A stretch of 28,139 nt of DNA from a virus (lineage: Duplodnaviria; Caudoviricetes). Made by a program: the position numbers and the translations under genes. Where the stretch lies: positions 1 to 28,139 of the IMG/VR virus record IMGVR_UViG_3300005805_000356; one strand, written 5' to 3'. Below, in pieces: positions 14,641 to 23,700 of the stretch. Within the stretch, counting starts at the first letter, position 1, and each line of letters begins with the position of its first letter. The notes below the pieces were generated by a model. It searched no databases, was not told where the DNA came from, and saw only the letters and a program-made list of their open reading frames with translations.

Positions 14641-14969
14641 GGGCACAACTCCACTGCAGAAAACTTGTTACCAATGCGGAACAGTTTTAGGAACGCCCCG
14701 CTATCGATGGCTGTACCACAATTGACAACATCAACCGCATACAAATCGCTTAACACGTTCGCGTCGCTTATCTGCTTGACCATCGCCGTACCCGTGCCGA
14801 GTGTAGTTCCTGCCCTCGCTGTGATTGTACTCGTTGCCACCGCAATTAAGCAATCCGCTGCTTGCTGCGTTGGATCGCTATTCCCGCCGCTGCTTGTCTT
14901 GCCACCAATGAGGCGTAGCAACTCCGTAGAGTCCGCATCGTTGAAAGCGTAAAGCACCTCATCAGCCAT
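14637..14969 (-). CDS. Putative minor tail protein (110 aa)
   Basis: Position after the distal tail gene; Thr/Gly/Ala-rich beta-type sequence; 3 Cys including C-terminal ELCP. Confidence 0.6.
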   Translation of the reverse strand: MADEVLYAFNDADSTELLRLIGGKTSSGGNSDPTQQAADCLIAVATSTITARAGTTLGTGTAMVKQISDANVLSDLYAVDVVNCGTAIDSGAFLKLFRIGNKFSAVELCP

Positions 14970-14970
14970 G

Positions 14971-15852
14971 CTAGGAAGTCCTTATGAACGAAGAAAAATT
15001 GACTTCCTTTTTACAACGGAATTCCAGCGTCGCCGGGCTTGTGGTCTTGGCACCTGATCCATTAAGCCCACCGATGATGCCAAACGTGTTTGTATCGTCC
15101 ATGTACCGCTTAAGCGTCGCGCCGTCGAGGTAATACGGCCCAACGTCAAGCCGCTTTTCGTCGTGCGTATCCGGGTCGTAGGTAACCTTGTATTTAACTC
15201 TCCACGCCGCAAAACCTGCGTAGGATCCTAACTCGGCCTCGACGACTTCGAGGAGTAGCGTCCTGGCCGGGAATACTTGCCCGATTGCATCGAAGGATGC
15301 GTTATTAACGGTGTCGTTGCGGTCAAGAAACACCTTGAGTTTTTGCGATGCGTCTTCAAACTGCACAAACGAAAATTGACATAGCGACCGCGTTTCAGTC
15401 AATGGCGAATCGAATGGAGTTCCCGCCGAGTTGGTTGGCTTCTTTGCCGTCGGCGTTGTCCTGTCCGCAACTAGCACCCGCTCTTTGGTCACGAAGGAAT
15501 CGATCTTGAAAACTGGCACCCACGTTGTAGGGTCCGGGCTGTCGGGATTCTCTTGGCTTTGCTTTTGCTCTTCGGTGCCGGTCTGAAACTTAGCAGACAC
15601 TTCCCAATATAAAGGATGCTTTTCGTTTCGCTCCGCCGTAAGGTCGTCGCAAACTAAACCGAGCGGCCCATATAGCAAACCAACGCGGGGCAGTCCTGGA
15701 GTCTCTGTAAGCACTGACAATCGAGAGGTAAACTTATCGTCTGTCTTAACGCGGAAGTTCCAGGACTCGCCGAAAACAAGCGTGAATCCTTGTCCTTTGC
15801 GTACAAATCCGCTGCCCTTGCGAAGTTCCGAACCGACTAATTCATTGGCCAT
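14971..15852 (-). CDS. Putative distal tail/baseplate hub protein (293 aa)
   Basis: Immediately downstream of the tape measure; NSAGTPFD motif. Function inferred from synteny. Confidence 0.6.
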   Translation of the reverse strand: MANELVGSELRKGSGFVRKGQGFTLVFGESWNFRVKTDDKFTSRLSVLTETPGLPRVGLLYGPLGLVCDDLTAERNEKHPLYWEVSAKFQTGTEEQKQSQENPDSPDPTTWVPVFKIDSFVTKERVLVADRTTPTAKKPTNSAGTPFDSPLTETRSLCQFSFVQFEDASQKLKVFLDRNDTVNNASFDAIGQVFPARTLLLEVVEAELGSYAGFAAWRVKYKVTYDPDTHDEKRLDVGPYYLDGATLKRYMDDTNTFGIIGGLNGSGAKTTSPATLEFRCKKEVNFSSFIRTS

Positions 15853-15854
15853 CG

Positions 15855-17801
15855 TTATCTCCTAAAAGCAAGTCGCGGTGCAGCCTCTGCTATTTTGTTC
15901 GCCTTCTTCGCTTCCTCTAGCAAGTCCTCAGCCAACTTCTTTTGCTCGGCTTGCTGCTTCGATTTTGCGTTTTCTTGCTGCATGAAGGTGAATGCTTCCT
16001 TAGTGCCAGCCTTAAGCGTAGGTGCGATGTTTTTAGCGATTTCCTGGCCGCTCTGCGTACCGAATCGCATAGCCGCTTCCATCGCTAACTTATCGCCCTG
16101 GCCTCTGCTTAACCCTCTATCCGGCCCTAGCGATACCATGCCCTCTATGCGTTGTAACTCTGCTTGTAATTGCTCTTGAGGCGTTGCCATGCCTTGCTTC
16201 GCTCGCTCTGCGTCTTGCTCCGCTTGCTTCTTTTGCTTGGCCTCCTCAACCAGTTTATTGAGCGTCTGATACCGCTTGATATCGTTCTCCGAGTAACCTG
16301 CGGCTTTCTGCTTAGCCGCCATGTATTCGGATTCTGCCATCGTCAATTGGTCGTACTGATCCCGAAGCGACTTCATTTCCTCGATTTGCTTTTTGCGTAG
16401 CTCGTCGGCTTTCGCTTCCGCTGCCCTTGCTTTCTCTGCCGCCGCTTCTTCTTCCGCGCGTTGCTTGGCTTGCTCTGCTAGTTTAGCCGCTTCCGCGTCA
16501 ACCTTCTTTTTGTTCTCAAGCCTCATCCATTCGGCGTGCATCGCGTCCGCAATGGCATCCTCTTCCGCTCTTGCCAACTCGTTGAGGTTTAGCAAGTACT
16601 CGTTGGACTTGCCTTGAGCGTAGGAGACGAGGAATCCCCATCCCTTGGCAAACGTCCCAAGCCCTTCGGTTAATTTCTGCGTCCCTGCACCTTGTGCTTG
16701 CGTCCTGAATGCATCGAGTAACGCTGTAACCGCTGGCGTGAGTTGATTGCCGATATCAATTGCCAACGCCTTAACATCCCCACCCGCTTTAGCGAACTGA
16801 CCCGATAGAGTAGCGGCTAGTTTTTCATTCATCCCGGCAAAGCGTCCACCCTCTTCGGTTGCGGACTTAAACGCGTCCGCGACCATTTGAGCACTGACGG
16901 AACCTTGCTCCATCTTTTTCCGCAGTTCCTCCATGCTCATTCCGGTTGTGCGGCTGATTTCTTGCAACGGATTGAAGCCCGCGTTGACCATCTGCAAGAC
17001 TTCCTGCCCCATCAACTTACCGTTGGCTTGCACCTGCCCGAACGCAAGAGCGAGAGATTGAAATTGCTCTGGATTTCCGAGCGATATAGCCGAAAGACGT
17101 TGAAGCGTTGGCTTAATGTTTTCTGCCGTGACGCCGAATTGGAGAAGCGTCTTACCGGCTCTTGCAAAGTCGGCGAAGTTGATAGGCGATTCAACATCTA
17201 ACTTCTTAAAGTCCGCCATTATATTGGACGCGGTCTTTGCTGATCCAGTCATCACCTCAAAGGATACTTTTGTTTGCTCCATGTCGGCGGACATTTTGAT
17301 TGCCGATTTTATGCCGCTCATTGCAACGCCTAGCCCCGCGTAGCCCATCGCTAGATTCTTTACGGCATTGATAGCGGATTGCTGCGCCGCAATCGCTTCG
17401 GTTTGCTTTTGTGCTTCTTTGGTGGTTAAGCCTAGTTGATTCTGCAACGCCAATTGAGACTGGCGAAACGCATCGGCTGATATGGCTCCTGATTGCAGTT
17501 TGTTTCGCAGCAACTCCATTGACTGCGTATATTGAGTCATTGCCCCGATAGGCACGTTGATACCGAGTTTCTTGGCTAATGTCTCTTGCGTCCGTGCGAA
17601 CGCGTCAGCCGTTAATCCACCAGCCTTAAACGCCCTGGATAGTTTCTCGAGTTCCGTTTCGTACTTATCAAACGGGTCAATGGACTCTCTCGCAATGCGT
17701 GCAATGCTGTTGAGTTCATTCCTTGTAAACTGCCCGTTCTTTCGCAGCTCCTCAACATCTAGCCCGACTTTGATATTTGCGACGTTGATCGTTTGCGCCA
17801 T
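15855..17801 (-). CDS. Tail tape measure protein (648 aa)
   Basis: Ala/Gln/Lys-rich helical protein with a tape-measure domain (LAFGQVQANGKLMGQEVLQMVNAG); follows the chaperones. Confidence 0.92.
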   Translation of the reverse strand: MAQTINVANIKVGLDVEELRKNGQFTRNELNSIARIARESIDPFDKYETELEKLSRAFKAGGLTADAFARTQETLAKKLGINVPIGAMTQYTQSMELLRNKLQSGAISADAFRQSQLALQNQLGLTTKEAQKQTEAIAAQQSAINAVKNLAMGYAGLGVAMSGIKSAIKMSADMEQTKVSFEVMTGSAKTASNIMADFKKLDVESPINFADFARAGKTLLQFGVTAENIKPTLQRLSAISLGNPEQFQSLALAFGQVQANGKLMGQEVLQMVNAGFNPLQEISRTTGMSMEELRKKMEQGSVSAQMVADAFKSATEEGGRFAGMNEKLAATLSGQFAKAGGDVKALAIDIGNQLTPAVTALLDAFRTQAQGAGTQKLTEGLGTFAKGWGFLVSYAQGKSNEYLLNLNELARAEEDAIADAMHAEWMRLENKKKVDAEAAKLAEQAKQRAEEEAAAEKARAAEAKADELRKKQIEEMKSLRDQYDQLTMAESEYMAAKQKAAGYSENDIKRYQTLNKLVEEAKQKKQAEQDAERAKQGMATPQEQLQAELQRIEGMVSLGPDRGLSRGQGDKLAMEAAMRFGTQSGQEIAKNIAPTLKAGTKEAFTFMQQENAKSKQQAEQKKLAEDLLEEAKKANKIAEAAPRLAFRR

Positions 17802-18161
17802 TTACTTTGCTCCCAATCCAAACATCGCCTTGACCTGTCCTGCTATTTGCGTTGACGCCTTAGCCGCTTGCTTCAGCATCGTTTTTGCGCTCCGTTTTGG
17901 CCGCTTGTAGCGACTCGGCATGAAGTCGGCTACCTCCGGCATGGCCTGCCCTGCCCTAGCGAATAGGGGCAAATTGATTGCGTGGACGATGGACGCAGTT
18001 TGCTCCCACTCTTCGCCGATTGGCTCGATTGAGTCAAACGCAATCCACTGATCCAAAGCCCCCGATGGTAGGCTTTTCATCCATGCCATCGGGTCAACAA
18101 TCCCCCATCTCAACGCAAGCCGAAAAGCGATTGCTAGCCGCCGGCTGCGTCTGATTTTTTT
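17802..18161 (-). CDS. Tail assembly chaperone gpGT extension (-1 frame)
   Basis: The -1 frame is open from the slippery site through KIRRSRRLAIAFRLALRWGIVDP... to the stop at 17802. Confidence 0.8.
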   Translation of the reverse strand, partial: KKIRRSRRLAIAFRLALRWGIVDPMAWMKSLPSGALDQWIAFDSIEPIGEEWEQTASIVHAINLPLFARAGQAMPEVADFMPSRYKRPKRSAKTMLKQAAKASTQIAGQVKAMFGLGAK

Positions 18162-18493
18162 GCTAGGGCTTCGATCTCCTTCGCGTCGTATTCGGAGAGT
18201 TTCAAAGCCTCCTCGTACAACTTGCCGATGGTCTGACGTGGAAGCGGCTTGAGCGAATCACTGTCCATGACGATCCGCTCGCCGTCCTTGCCAACCAAGC
18301 AATAAGAGACAAGCAACCTGCGATGCTTCGCAAAATCGAACTTGTCACCCGATTGCATTTCAACTTCCATGTCAGCCGCGTCAGACTCGCATAGTTCACG
18401 AAGCGTAAACACCTCGCTGCCGATACGAATCTCGATTGTACGCAGAGGACGCGATGCCGCCGCTAGGAATCGATCTAGTTCACTCATCGTCAT
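18134..18493 (-). CDS. Tail assembly chaperone gpG
   Basis: Between tail tube and tape measure; ends ALAKKSDAAGG with an in-frame slippery site. Confidence 0.8.
   Translation of the reverse strand: MTMSELDRFLAAASRPLRTIEIRIGSEVFTLRELCESDAADMEVEMQSGDKFDFAKHRRLLVSYCLVGKDGERIVMDSDSLKPLPRQTIGKLYEEALKLSEYDAKEIEALAKKSDAAGG
18155..18161 (-). other. Programmed -1 ribosomal frameshift site A AAA AAA
   Basis: GCA AAA AAA TCA in the gpG frame gives an X XXY YYZ heptamer; a -1 shift joins the downstream ORF. Confidence 0.85.
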
Positions 18494-18788
18494 CCTCCTC
18501 GTTCAGTATCCGCGTCGCCTCTTCGACGAATTGACGCGAAAACTGCTCGGGTGGTTCAATGTCCATCTGATAGCCTAACGCATTCATCGCCTGCATCTCA
18601 ATCGATGCCATTTCTCCCTCAGTGAGATACTCATGAGGAAAGTTGAACAAGGCTTGTAGTTGCACCTTCTCGCCGTGTGGCAAGTAGCCAACCAATACGC
18701 CATCGAAGAGCACTTGGAATTGAGCCAACGGCACTTCCACGCCGTCGGCTCGTAAGCCCATTTGTTGCTTAAGAGCAAACATAAACAC
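18480..18788 (-). CDS. Hypothetical protein (about 100 aa) between tail tube and chaperone
   Basis: GGAG RBS; operon packing; acidic. Confidence 0.65.
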   Translation of the reverse strand: MFMFALKQQMGLRADGVEVPLAQFQVLFDGVLVGYLPHGEKVQLQALFNFPHEYLTEGEMASIEMQAMNALGYQMDIEPPEQFSRQFVEEATRILNEEDDDE

Positions 18789-18796
18789 TCCAAAAA

Positions 18797-19219
18797 TTAG
18801 GCCGCTGTAAAGGTCAATGACGTTGCACCGTCAAATTGCAACGTATAACTACCTCGCATGATAACACCCTTTTCACATGAAGGGAATTTCACGTTTTTGA
18901 CGAATGCTGTCCCCTGAACGCTTCCGGCTCCTGGGAATGTCAAGGTGACTGCAATCCCTGCGTACGGCTCCGCTGACGGAATCATTGCGGTTGTAATCGG
19001 TGGAGCGGCTCCGAGCCAATTAAATTCGATTTCAATTTCGGGATTCTTGCGAAGGTCGCTTGGGCGCAACTTTTCGTAAAGAGTCGTTCCCAAATCGGTG
19101 ATATCCAACGCATCAACGGAGATATTGAAATCCCCGATTCGAGTGATTTGCGTAGTAACCAAACCAGTACCCGAGATGGTCGCCCCCAACCCGGTATCTG
19201 CCACTGTCAAAGCTGCCAT
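18797..19219 (-). CDS. Major tail tube protein
   Basis: 140 aa, Thr/Gly-rich, with a DALDITDL motif; position after tail completion. Confidence 0.8.
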   Translation of the reverse strand: MAALTVADTGLGATISGTGLVTTQITRIGDFNISVDALDITDLGTTLYEKLRPSDLRKNPEIEIEFNWLGAAPPITTAMIPSAEPYAGIAVTLTFPGAGSVQGTAFVKNVKFPSCEKGVIMRGSYTLQFDGATSLTFTAA

Positions 19220-19221
19220 GT

Positions 19222-19638
19222 TTACGGCTCCTTGTAATGCACCAAGAGGTCGAAACTAACCAAGTACCGATGCTCTTGGTTGCCATCGGTTGGAGGATCT
19301 TGCATGTATTCATCGCCGCTGTCGAAGTCGATACCGCAAAACGTGTAGCCATCGACAACGCCGCGAAACGAATCAATTCCTGTCTCTCTAATCGCCCTGC
19401 TAATCGCACTTGCTGCCGTTCGCGTCAACGCAAAACATTCGAGCGTTATGCGTGCGTGGGCGGACTTGCCCAACCCGCTTACCATGTGATCGCGTTGAGT
19501 TGAGATGACGTAATAAATCACCGCCGGAAGCGTTGCTTTTTGGACAAGTACGTCTGGGTACATGCGTTGCCCTATAAGCGTCGATACGCTCGCATAAGAC
19601 AGTAGTTTTGTACGCAACGCTTCGCCAATCGCTGACAT
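19222..19638 (-). CDS. Tail completion/terminator protein (DUF3168-like)
   Basis: LIGQRMYPDVL...LPAVIY pattern; synteny. Confidence 0.8.
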   Translation of the reverse strand: MSAIGEALRTKLLSYASVSTLIGQRMYPDVLVQKATLPAVIYYVISTQRDHMVSGLGKSAHARITLECFALTRTAASAISRAIRETGIDSFRGVVDGYTFCGIDFDSGDEYMQDPPTDGNQEHRYLVSFDLLVHYKEP

Positions 19639-19973
19639 TACAGTTCCCCGCTAATTACGCCGATTGTCCTGGCCGCTGCTTCGCTCGAACCGCTGACGAT
19701 GCGAACTACCTTGACGCCTTCAAAGACGTTGGGATTCAGGGCGATGTAGCGGCTAGTATTGACTGCCACGCTGTACTCCGTGCCCTCGTTGTAAAGAGCA
19801 TAGAAGTTGGTTCCTTGATCCGCCGACGCCTGAAACTTAAACGTCGTGCCCGTCAGCCCCGATGGAGTGATGATCGCAAGCGGTACGCGTCCGCCTTGCA
19901 TCGTCAAGGAACTTGATGTCGTACCGCTCGAGGCGATAGTAACCGTGTCCGTGAGTGTTACGTTTTTAGCCAA
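19638..19973 (-). CDS. Putative small beta-rich virion protein (111 aa)
   Basis: TTG start with AAGGAG RBS; Ser/Thr-rich; FQASADQGTNF motif. Confidence 0.6.
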   Translation of the reverse strand: MAKNVTLTDTVTIASSGTTSSSLTMQGGRVPLAIITPSGLTGTTFKFQASADQGTNFYALYNEGTEYSVAVNTSRYIALNPNVFEGVKVVRIVSGSSEAAARTIGVISGEL

Positions 19974-20514
19974 GTCTTAACTCCTTAATTTCTTTTTGCA
20001 GTTGGTCAAGAAACGCCGCTTCCGCTTGCGTCCTCGTTTGGTCATACGCCCGAACTGGTGCCCGTTCGTTGTTCGGGAAATTCGCCGTTTGTGCTTTCGT
20101 GCCCACGGTTGCATAGTATTGATTGCCACGACGCGAAGTCCTCAATACTTGCTGTCCAGGCTTTCCCCAAAGGTAGCGAGTGTATGAGGTGCCTTTTTTG
20201 TACGGCATAACAAACTGCTGCTTGTTGCCCTTTGGGTATTGAGCACCGACATAAACCACCACGCCGCTTTTGCCCACCTTGTGGCCGATGTGCTTCCGTG
20301 AGTCGTTGCTAAATGCCGGGTTGTTTTTGTACTTCCTGCTCCACCTGTTACGACTTCCGCTTTCGCGGGATGATCTCGATAGCGGCTCTGTCGCTCGAGC
20401 GATTGGTTTTGCAAACTCACCCAAGCATCGACCAAAAGGCCCATTGCGAAGCGTTAGCGGGATCGCTCCGATTGCCTTGATTAAGTTCATGTTGATTTCG
20501 ATCTTGCTGCTCAT
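19966..20514 (-). CDS. HK97 gp10-like neck/tail protein
   Basis: Basic protein between head-tail adaptor and tail completion; TAATG overlap at 20514. Confidence 0.6.
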   Translation of the reverse strand: MSSKIEINMNLIKAIGAIPLTLRNGPFGRCLGEFAKPIARATEPLSRSSRESGSRNRWSRKYKNNPAFSNDSRKHIGHKVGKSGVVVYVGAQYPKGNKQQFVMPYKKGTSYTRYLWGKPGQQVLRTSRRGNQYYATVGTKAQTANFPNNERAPVRAYDQTRTQAEAAFLDQLQKEIKELRLG

Positions 20515-20855
20515 TACATCACCACCGAGCAAATGAGGTCAATGTATCTGCGAAGCCCATCAACTGGGTTAATGTGCGTTATGCCGTAGTTTTCGCCGTC
20601 GTAAACAATCTGCATCTGCGTGTTGTAACCGCTGCGATAACGGACGCGAAAAACCGCCCGTGTTCCCGCCTCGAGTTGCCTACCTCGCATGGATTCCGTT
20701 CCGCCCGTTGGGTAATACTCGCAAGGCTCGCCGACAACGTAGTTCGTCCAGGATACGATAGGTTGACCTGACGCGTTTTGCGTCTCTGTTTTTTGCTGGA
20801 TCGTGCATCGCTGGCGAAGCCTGCCAACGCGTAAATCTCTTGGTCGTCCGCTCAT
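20514..20855 (-). CDS. Head-tail adaptor / head closure protein (SPP1 gp16-like)
   Basis: GRLRQRCTIQ...G...W...FRVRYR...YGI pattern. Confidence 0.85.
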   Translation of the reverse strand: MSGRPRDLRVGRLRQRCTIQQKTETQNASGQPIVSWTNYVVGEPCEYYPTGGTESMRGRQLEAGTRAVFRVRYRSGYNTQMQIVYDGENYGITHINPVDGLRRYIDLICSVVM

Positions 20856-21070
20856 TCGCTGCCCCCTTGAGGCACTTTAATAATTGCCTCGATGGTTGCA
20901 ATGACGGCTTCACTGCTGTTAATCCGTACCGAGTATTCTTGTATTGCAAACTCTCTGCCGTCGCTGCTGACCAGTCTCCAATCGGGGACGGGCTTAAAAG
21001 CAATCTCAATATCCTTGTCGGTGCTTCCGGTCGTAACTTTGCAATATGGCTTTGCCATTGATGTCTCCAT
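20852..21070 (-). CDS. Hypothetical protein (72 aa)
   Basis: Coupled at both ends (TAATG, ATGA). Confidence 0.6.
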   Translation of the reverse strand: METSMAKPYCKVTTGSTDKDIEIAFKPVPDWRLVSSDGREFAIQEYSVRINSSEAVIATIEAIIKVPQGGSE

Positions 21071-21639
21071 TATGGGTAAGAACTCCGCATGTAACGTCGC
21101 ACCAACATCTCATACGGTCGCATCGTTTGCAACGCCTCCGACATCAGCATATCGCGATTCTCAAAGTAGTGCGCGACAAGCAACTTTATAGCCGCTTTCG
21201 CTGCCTCTGGTACACTCTGCCCGTCTTGCGAGTAACCGCATTTGTAGGTGATCGTCCAAGCATCCCAACGCGATGAGGTCGCCGGTAGGCTGACTTGGTA
21301 CGCAAGCCTGAATTGGTCAACATGCAATTGATAAAGGCTACTCGATAGCGTCTGCAATGCGTTGTTGCCGTCGTAGTATTGGATCGAGGTGATCGAGTGG
21401 ATTGGTGATCGCAGTAGCGTAAACCCATCGTACAGCGAACCAACCCGCAATCGAAGCGTTTGGTAGCAGGTCACCGTATCGGTATCGTGTTCCCACTGCT
21501 CCCTAGCCGCCTGTATCAATGCGGATAGGTGCACATCATGCGTAGTGTCGCTACTTGCTATTTCGAGTTGTTTTTTTGCTTCGCTTAGTGTCACCGGCTC
21601 TGTCGTCGGCCCTGTCACTAGCTCCGGTATCAATCGCAT
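21070..21639 (-). CDS. Head-tail connector protein (HK97 gp6/phiE125 gp8-like)
   Basis: EPVTLSEAKKQL...LIQAARE...VPEAAKAAIKLLVAHYFENR. Confidence 0.9.
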   Translation of the reverse strand: MRLIPELVTGPTTEPVTLSEAKKQLEIASSDTTHDVHLSALIQAAREQWEHDTDTVTCYQTLRLRVGSLYDGFTLLRSPIHSITSIQYYDGNNALQTLSSSLYQLHVDQFRLAYQVSLPATSSRWDAWTITYKCGYSQDGQSVPEAAKAAIKLLVAHYFENRDMLMSEALQTMRPYEMLVRRYMRSSYP

Positions 21640-21745
21640 GTGCGAGTCCTCTAGCAATCATCAACTCCGCTTGTCCGATAGGCACTGCTACCAACCGATA
21701 ACCGGCTGGTAGCCCCTGCCAAAATTGATTAAGGATCAAGTCCAT
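21551..21745 (-). CDS. Small hypothetical virion-module protein (64 aa)
   Basis: MDLILNQFWQGLPAGY...AELMIARGLA with a basic tail, typical of the small ORF after capsid genes. Confidence 0.55.
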   Translation of the reverse strand: MDLILNQFWQGLPAGYRLVAVPIGQAELMIARGLAHAIDTGASDRADDRAGDTKRSKKTTRNSK

Positions 21746-21749
21746 AGGA

Positions 21750-22208
21750 CTAGACCACTCGGCAAACGTCACCGTCTGCCGCACCCGTTGAGGTCGTTGG
21801 GGCAATCTTGCCGCGGGATAGCACTGCTACCGCCGCGATGTAGCCACCGCTGGTGCCATCACCAAAGGTTGCAACAACCTTGAGGAATGGCTCCTTGCCT
21901 CGTAAATCGACTTGGAAAACGCATGTTTGCCCGTCGTCGGTTGCGCTAGGAAGTGCAAGCGTAGCACCGCCTAAACCAGAGCCACCGTTAAAGGTTGCCC
22001 CGGTGATGTCGGCGTAAACTCCGCCGCTGGTCGAGGAGGCTTGCAACTTCAGCGCAGTCATCGCAATATCGGTAGCACCGAGTTGAACGATAATCGTCGC
22101 GTAGTCGTAGCCCCTGGTATCAACAACATCAGCCGTAGCCGTGTTGTTGTCGATCAACGCACCGGGCTTGATGGCGGTAACAAACTTGCATTGTTGTAGT
22201 GGATTCAT
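21750..22208 (-). CDS. Putative capsid decoration/cement protein
   Basis: Follows the major capsid gene; beta-rich, with VDTRGYD...LQAS...YADITGA. Confidence 0.65.
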   Translation of the reverse strand: MNPLQQCKFVTAIKPGALIDNNTATADVVDTRGYDYATIIVQLGATDIAMTALKLQASSTSGGVYADITGATFNGGSGLGGATLALPSATDDGQTCVFQVDLRGKEPFLKVVATFGDGTSGGYIAAVAVLSRGKIAPTTSTGAADGDVCRVV

Positions 22209-22245
22209 AGTAACATCAATTCCTTTCGTTTGGTTGTTGGTTCAA

Positions 22246-23562
22246 TTACGCTGCGGCCTTGACTTGCACGATTGGCCCCGCGTTGCTTGCATCGCCGATT
22301 TCGTGCACGTTGTAATCCCAACGTGTGATCGACCTGAAAGCGGTTTGGTCAAACTCCATGTAGCGGCTGGAGTCAGCAACTACGCTAACACCGCGTCGGA
22401 GTCCCAAGGTAGACGCCATCGACAAGTCGCCGATGTAAGCCAGCTTGGTTCCGCCGCTGATCGTGCTCGGCATGACTTGCGTAAACTGGACTGGGTAGCC
22501 CATGAATTGCAAGACTGGCCCGCTTCCAAGGTCAACGTAGTTGTTGCCACCGGCTGCGAGTTGCAAGCGTGCAAGCACGTTCCAGAAGACTGCTTTGTGG
22601 CAGAACCAAACTGGATTCATTCCGGGGAATTCAGGCAACTTGCCAACCGCTTCTTGAAAGACTGCGATAGTCAAGGTAGCAGCTGTGTTTTGCCCTGCGG
22701 CTGCGGTTGCTACCGAACCAGCGGCTAGCACGTTTGCTAGTCCGTTGATGCCACCGTAAGCGGTCGTTCCGTCACCGAGAAACGCGGCTTGATCCAGCTT
22801 CAACGCATGGGCTTGTGCCATTTCCATCGCCAAGTAATCAGCGATTGCAATGACAGCATCCTCGTTGAGTTCGTTGGAGACTCGAGTCAGTGTAGCCCAT
22901 TTATGGGCAGTCAAAGAGACTTGCCCCAATGATGGATCGCTAGCCGTGATTTCTCCCGCTTCGCCAACTGCGTAGGCGGTCAGCCCGCTAACGCGTCGAG
23001 GGATGGTTACGGTATCGCTGCCCATTGGGTAAGTACGAGCGTAGCGGCTCGTAACGCCGTAGGTTTCCATCAGGCTGATAACCGACGTTTCAAACTCAGG
23101 CGGAACCAGTACGCCGCCTCGCAAGTCGTCGTTTTCGCCCATCGCATTGAGGACGCCGTTATCTCGGCACCACTGACGGGCTTGAGCGTTTCCGTTAAGT
23201 GCTCGGAAGAATTGCCCCGCCTTGAACGCATCGCGTTCTGCATCTGGCCCTTTAAAGGCTTTGAGCTTTCCGGTCGCCCGTGCGGTTGCCGGAATGCGGA
23301 AACTGGACGCTTCAACGCTTCGAGTTTCATTGACTTGTCGCACAGTGTTGGAAACTGCGGACTCAATGCGGATTGCTCGTTCGCGTTCCTTGCTCAAGTT
23401 TTCGATCTGACCGGCTTTGCCGTCAGTGCCGACGATTGCATCGATCTCTGTTTGATCTTCTGCGGAGAGTTCACGCCCTTCACTGGTCGCTACGTCTTGG
23501 ATTGCCTTAACCCTGGCTTGCAAGGCTACGATTTCTTCGCCAATTTGCTTTGCGGTCTTCAT
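22246..23562 (-). CDS. Major capsid protein, HK97 fold (438 aa)
   Basis: N-terminal coiled-coil delta domain, GGVLVPPEF, VSNELNEDA, FLGDGT. Start ATG 23562 after GGGAG. Confidence 0.95.
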   Translation of the reverse strand: MKTAKQIGEEIVALQARVKAIQDVATSEGRELSAEDQTEIDAIVGTDGKAGQIENLSKERERAIRIESAVSNTVRQVNETRSVEASSFRIPATARATGKLKAFKGPDAERDAFKAGQFFRALNGNAQARQWCRDNGVLNAMGENDDLRGGVLVPPEFETSVISLMETYGVTSRYARTYPMGSDTVTIPRRVSGLTAYAVGEAGEITASDPSLGQVSLTAHKWATLTRVSNELNEDAVIAIADYLAMEMAQAHALKLDQAAFLGDGTTAYGGINGLANVLAAGSVATAAAGQNTAATLTIAVFQEAVGKLPEFPGMNPVWFCHKAVFWNVLARLQLAAGGNNYVDLGSGPVLQFMGYPVQFTQVMPSTISGGTKLAYIGDLSMASTLGLRRGVSVVADSSRYMEFDQTAFRSITRWDYNVHEIGDASNAGPIVQVKAAA

Positions 23563-23564
23563 AC

Positions 23565-23694
23565 CGACTGCTCCCTTTGCTGTGTGGCAGTCGATAAACC
23601 AAGATAGCGGCATGACTGCCACGGTGTTACTTAAAACATTCCCCGTGTGTCACTGCCGCTAATTAGTTGCAGAGTGTCGGCACTTCTGGCCGAC
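23565..23694 (-). promoter_or_regulatory. Structured 5' leader of the capsid gene with alternative helices
   Basis: 23649-23661 pairs with 23605-23616; 23614-23622 pairs with 23584-23592; 23587-23593 pairs with 23565-23571 at the RBS. Hairpin at 23676-23694. Confidence 0.5.
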
Positions 23695-23700
23695 GCAATA

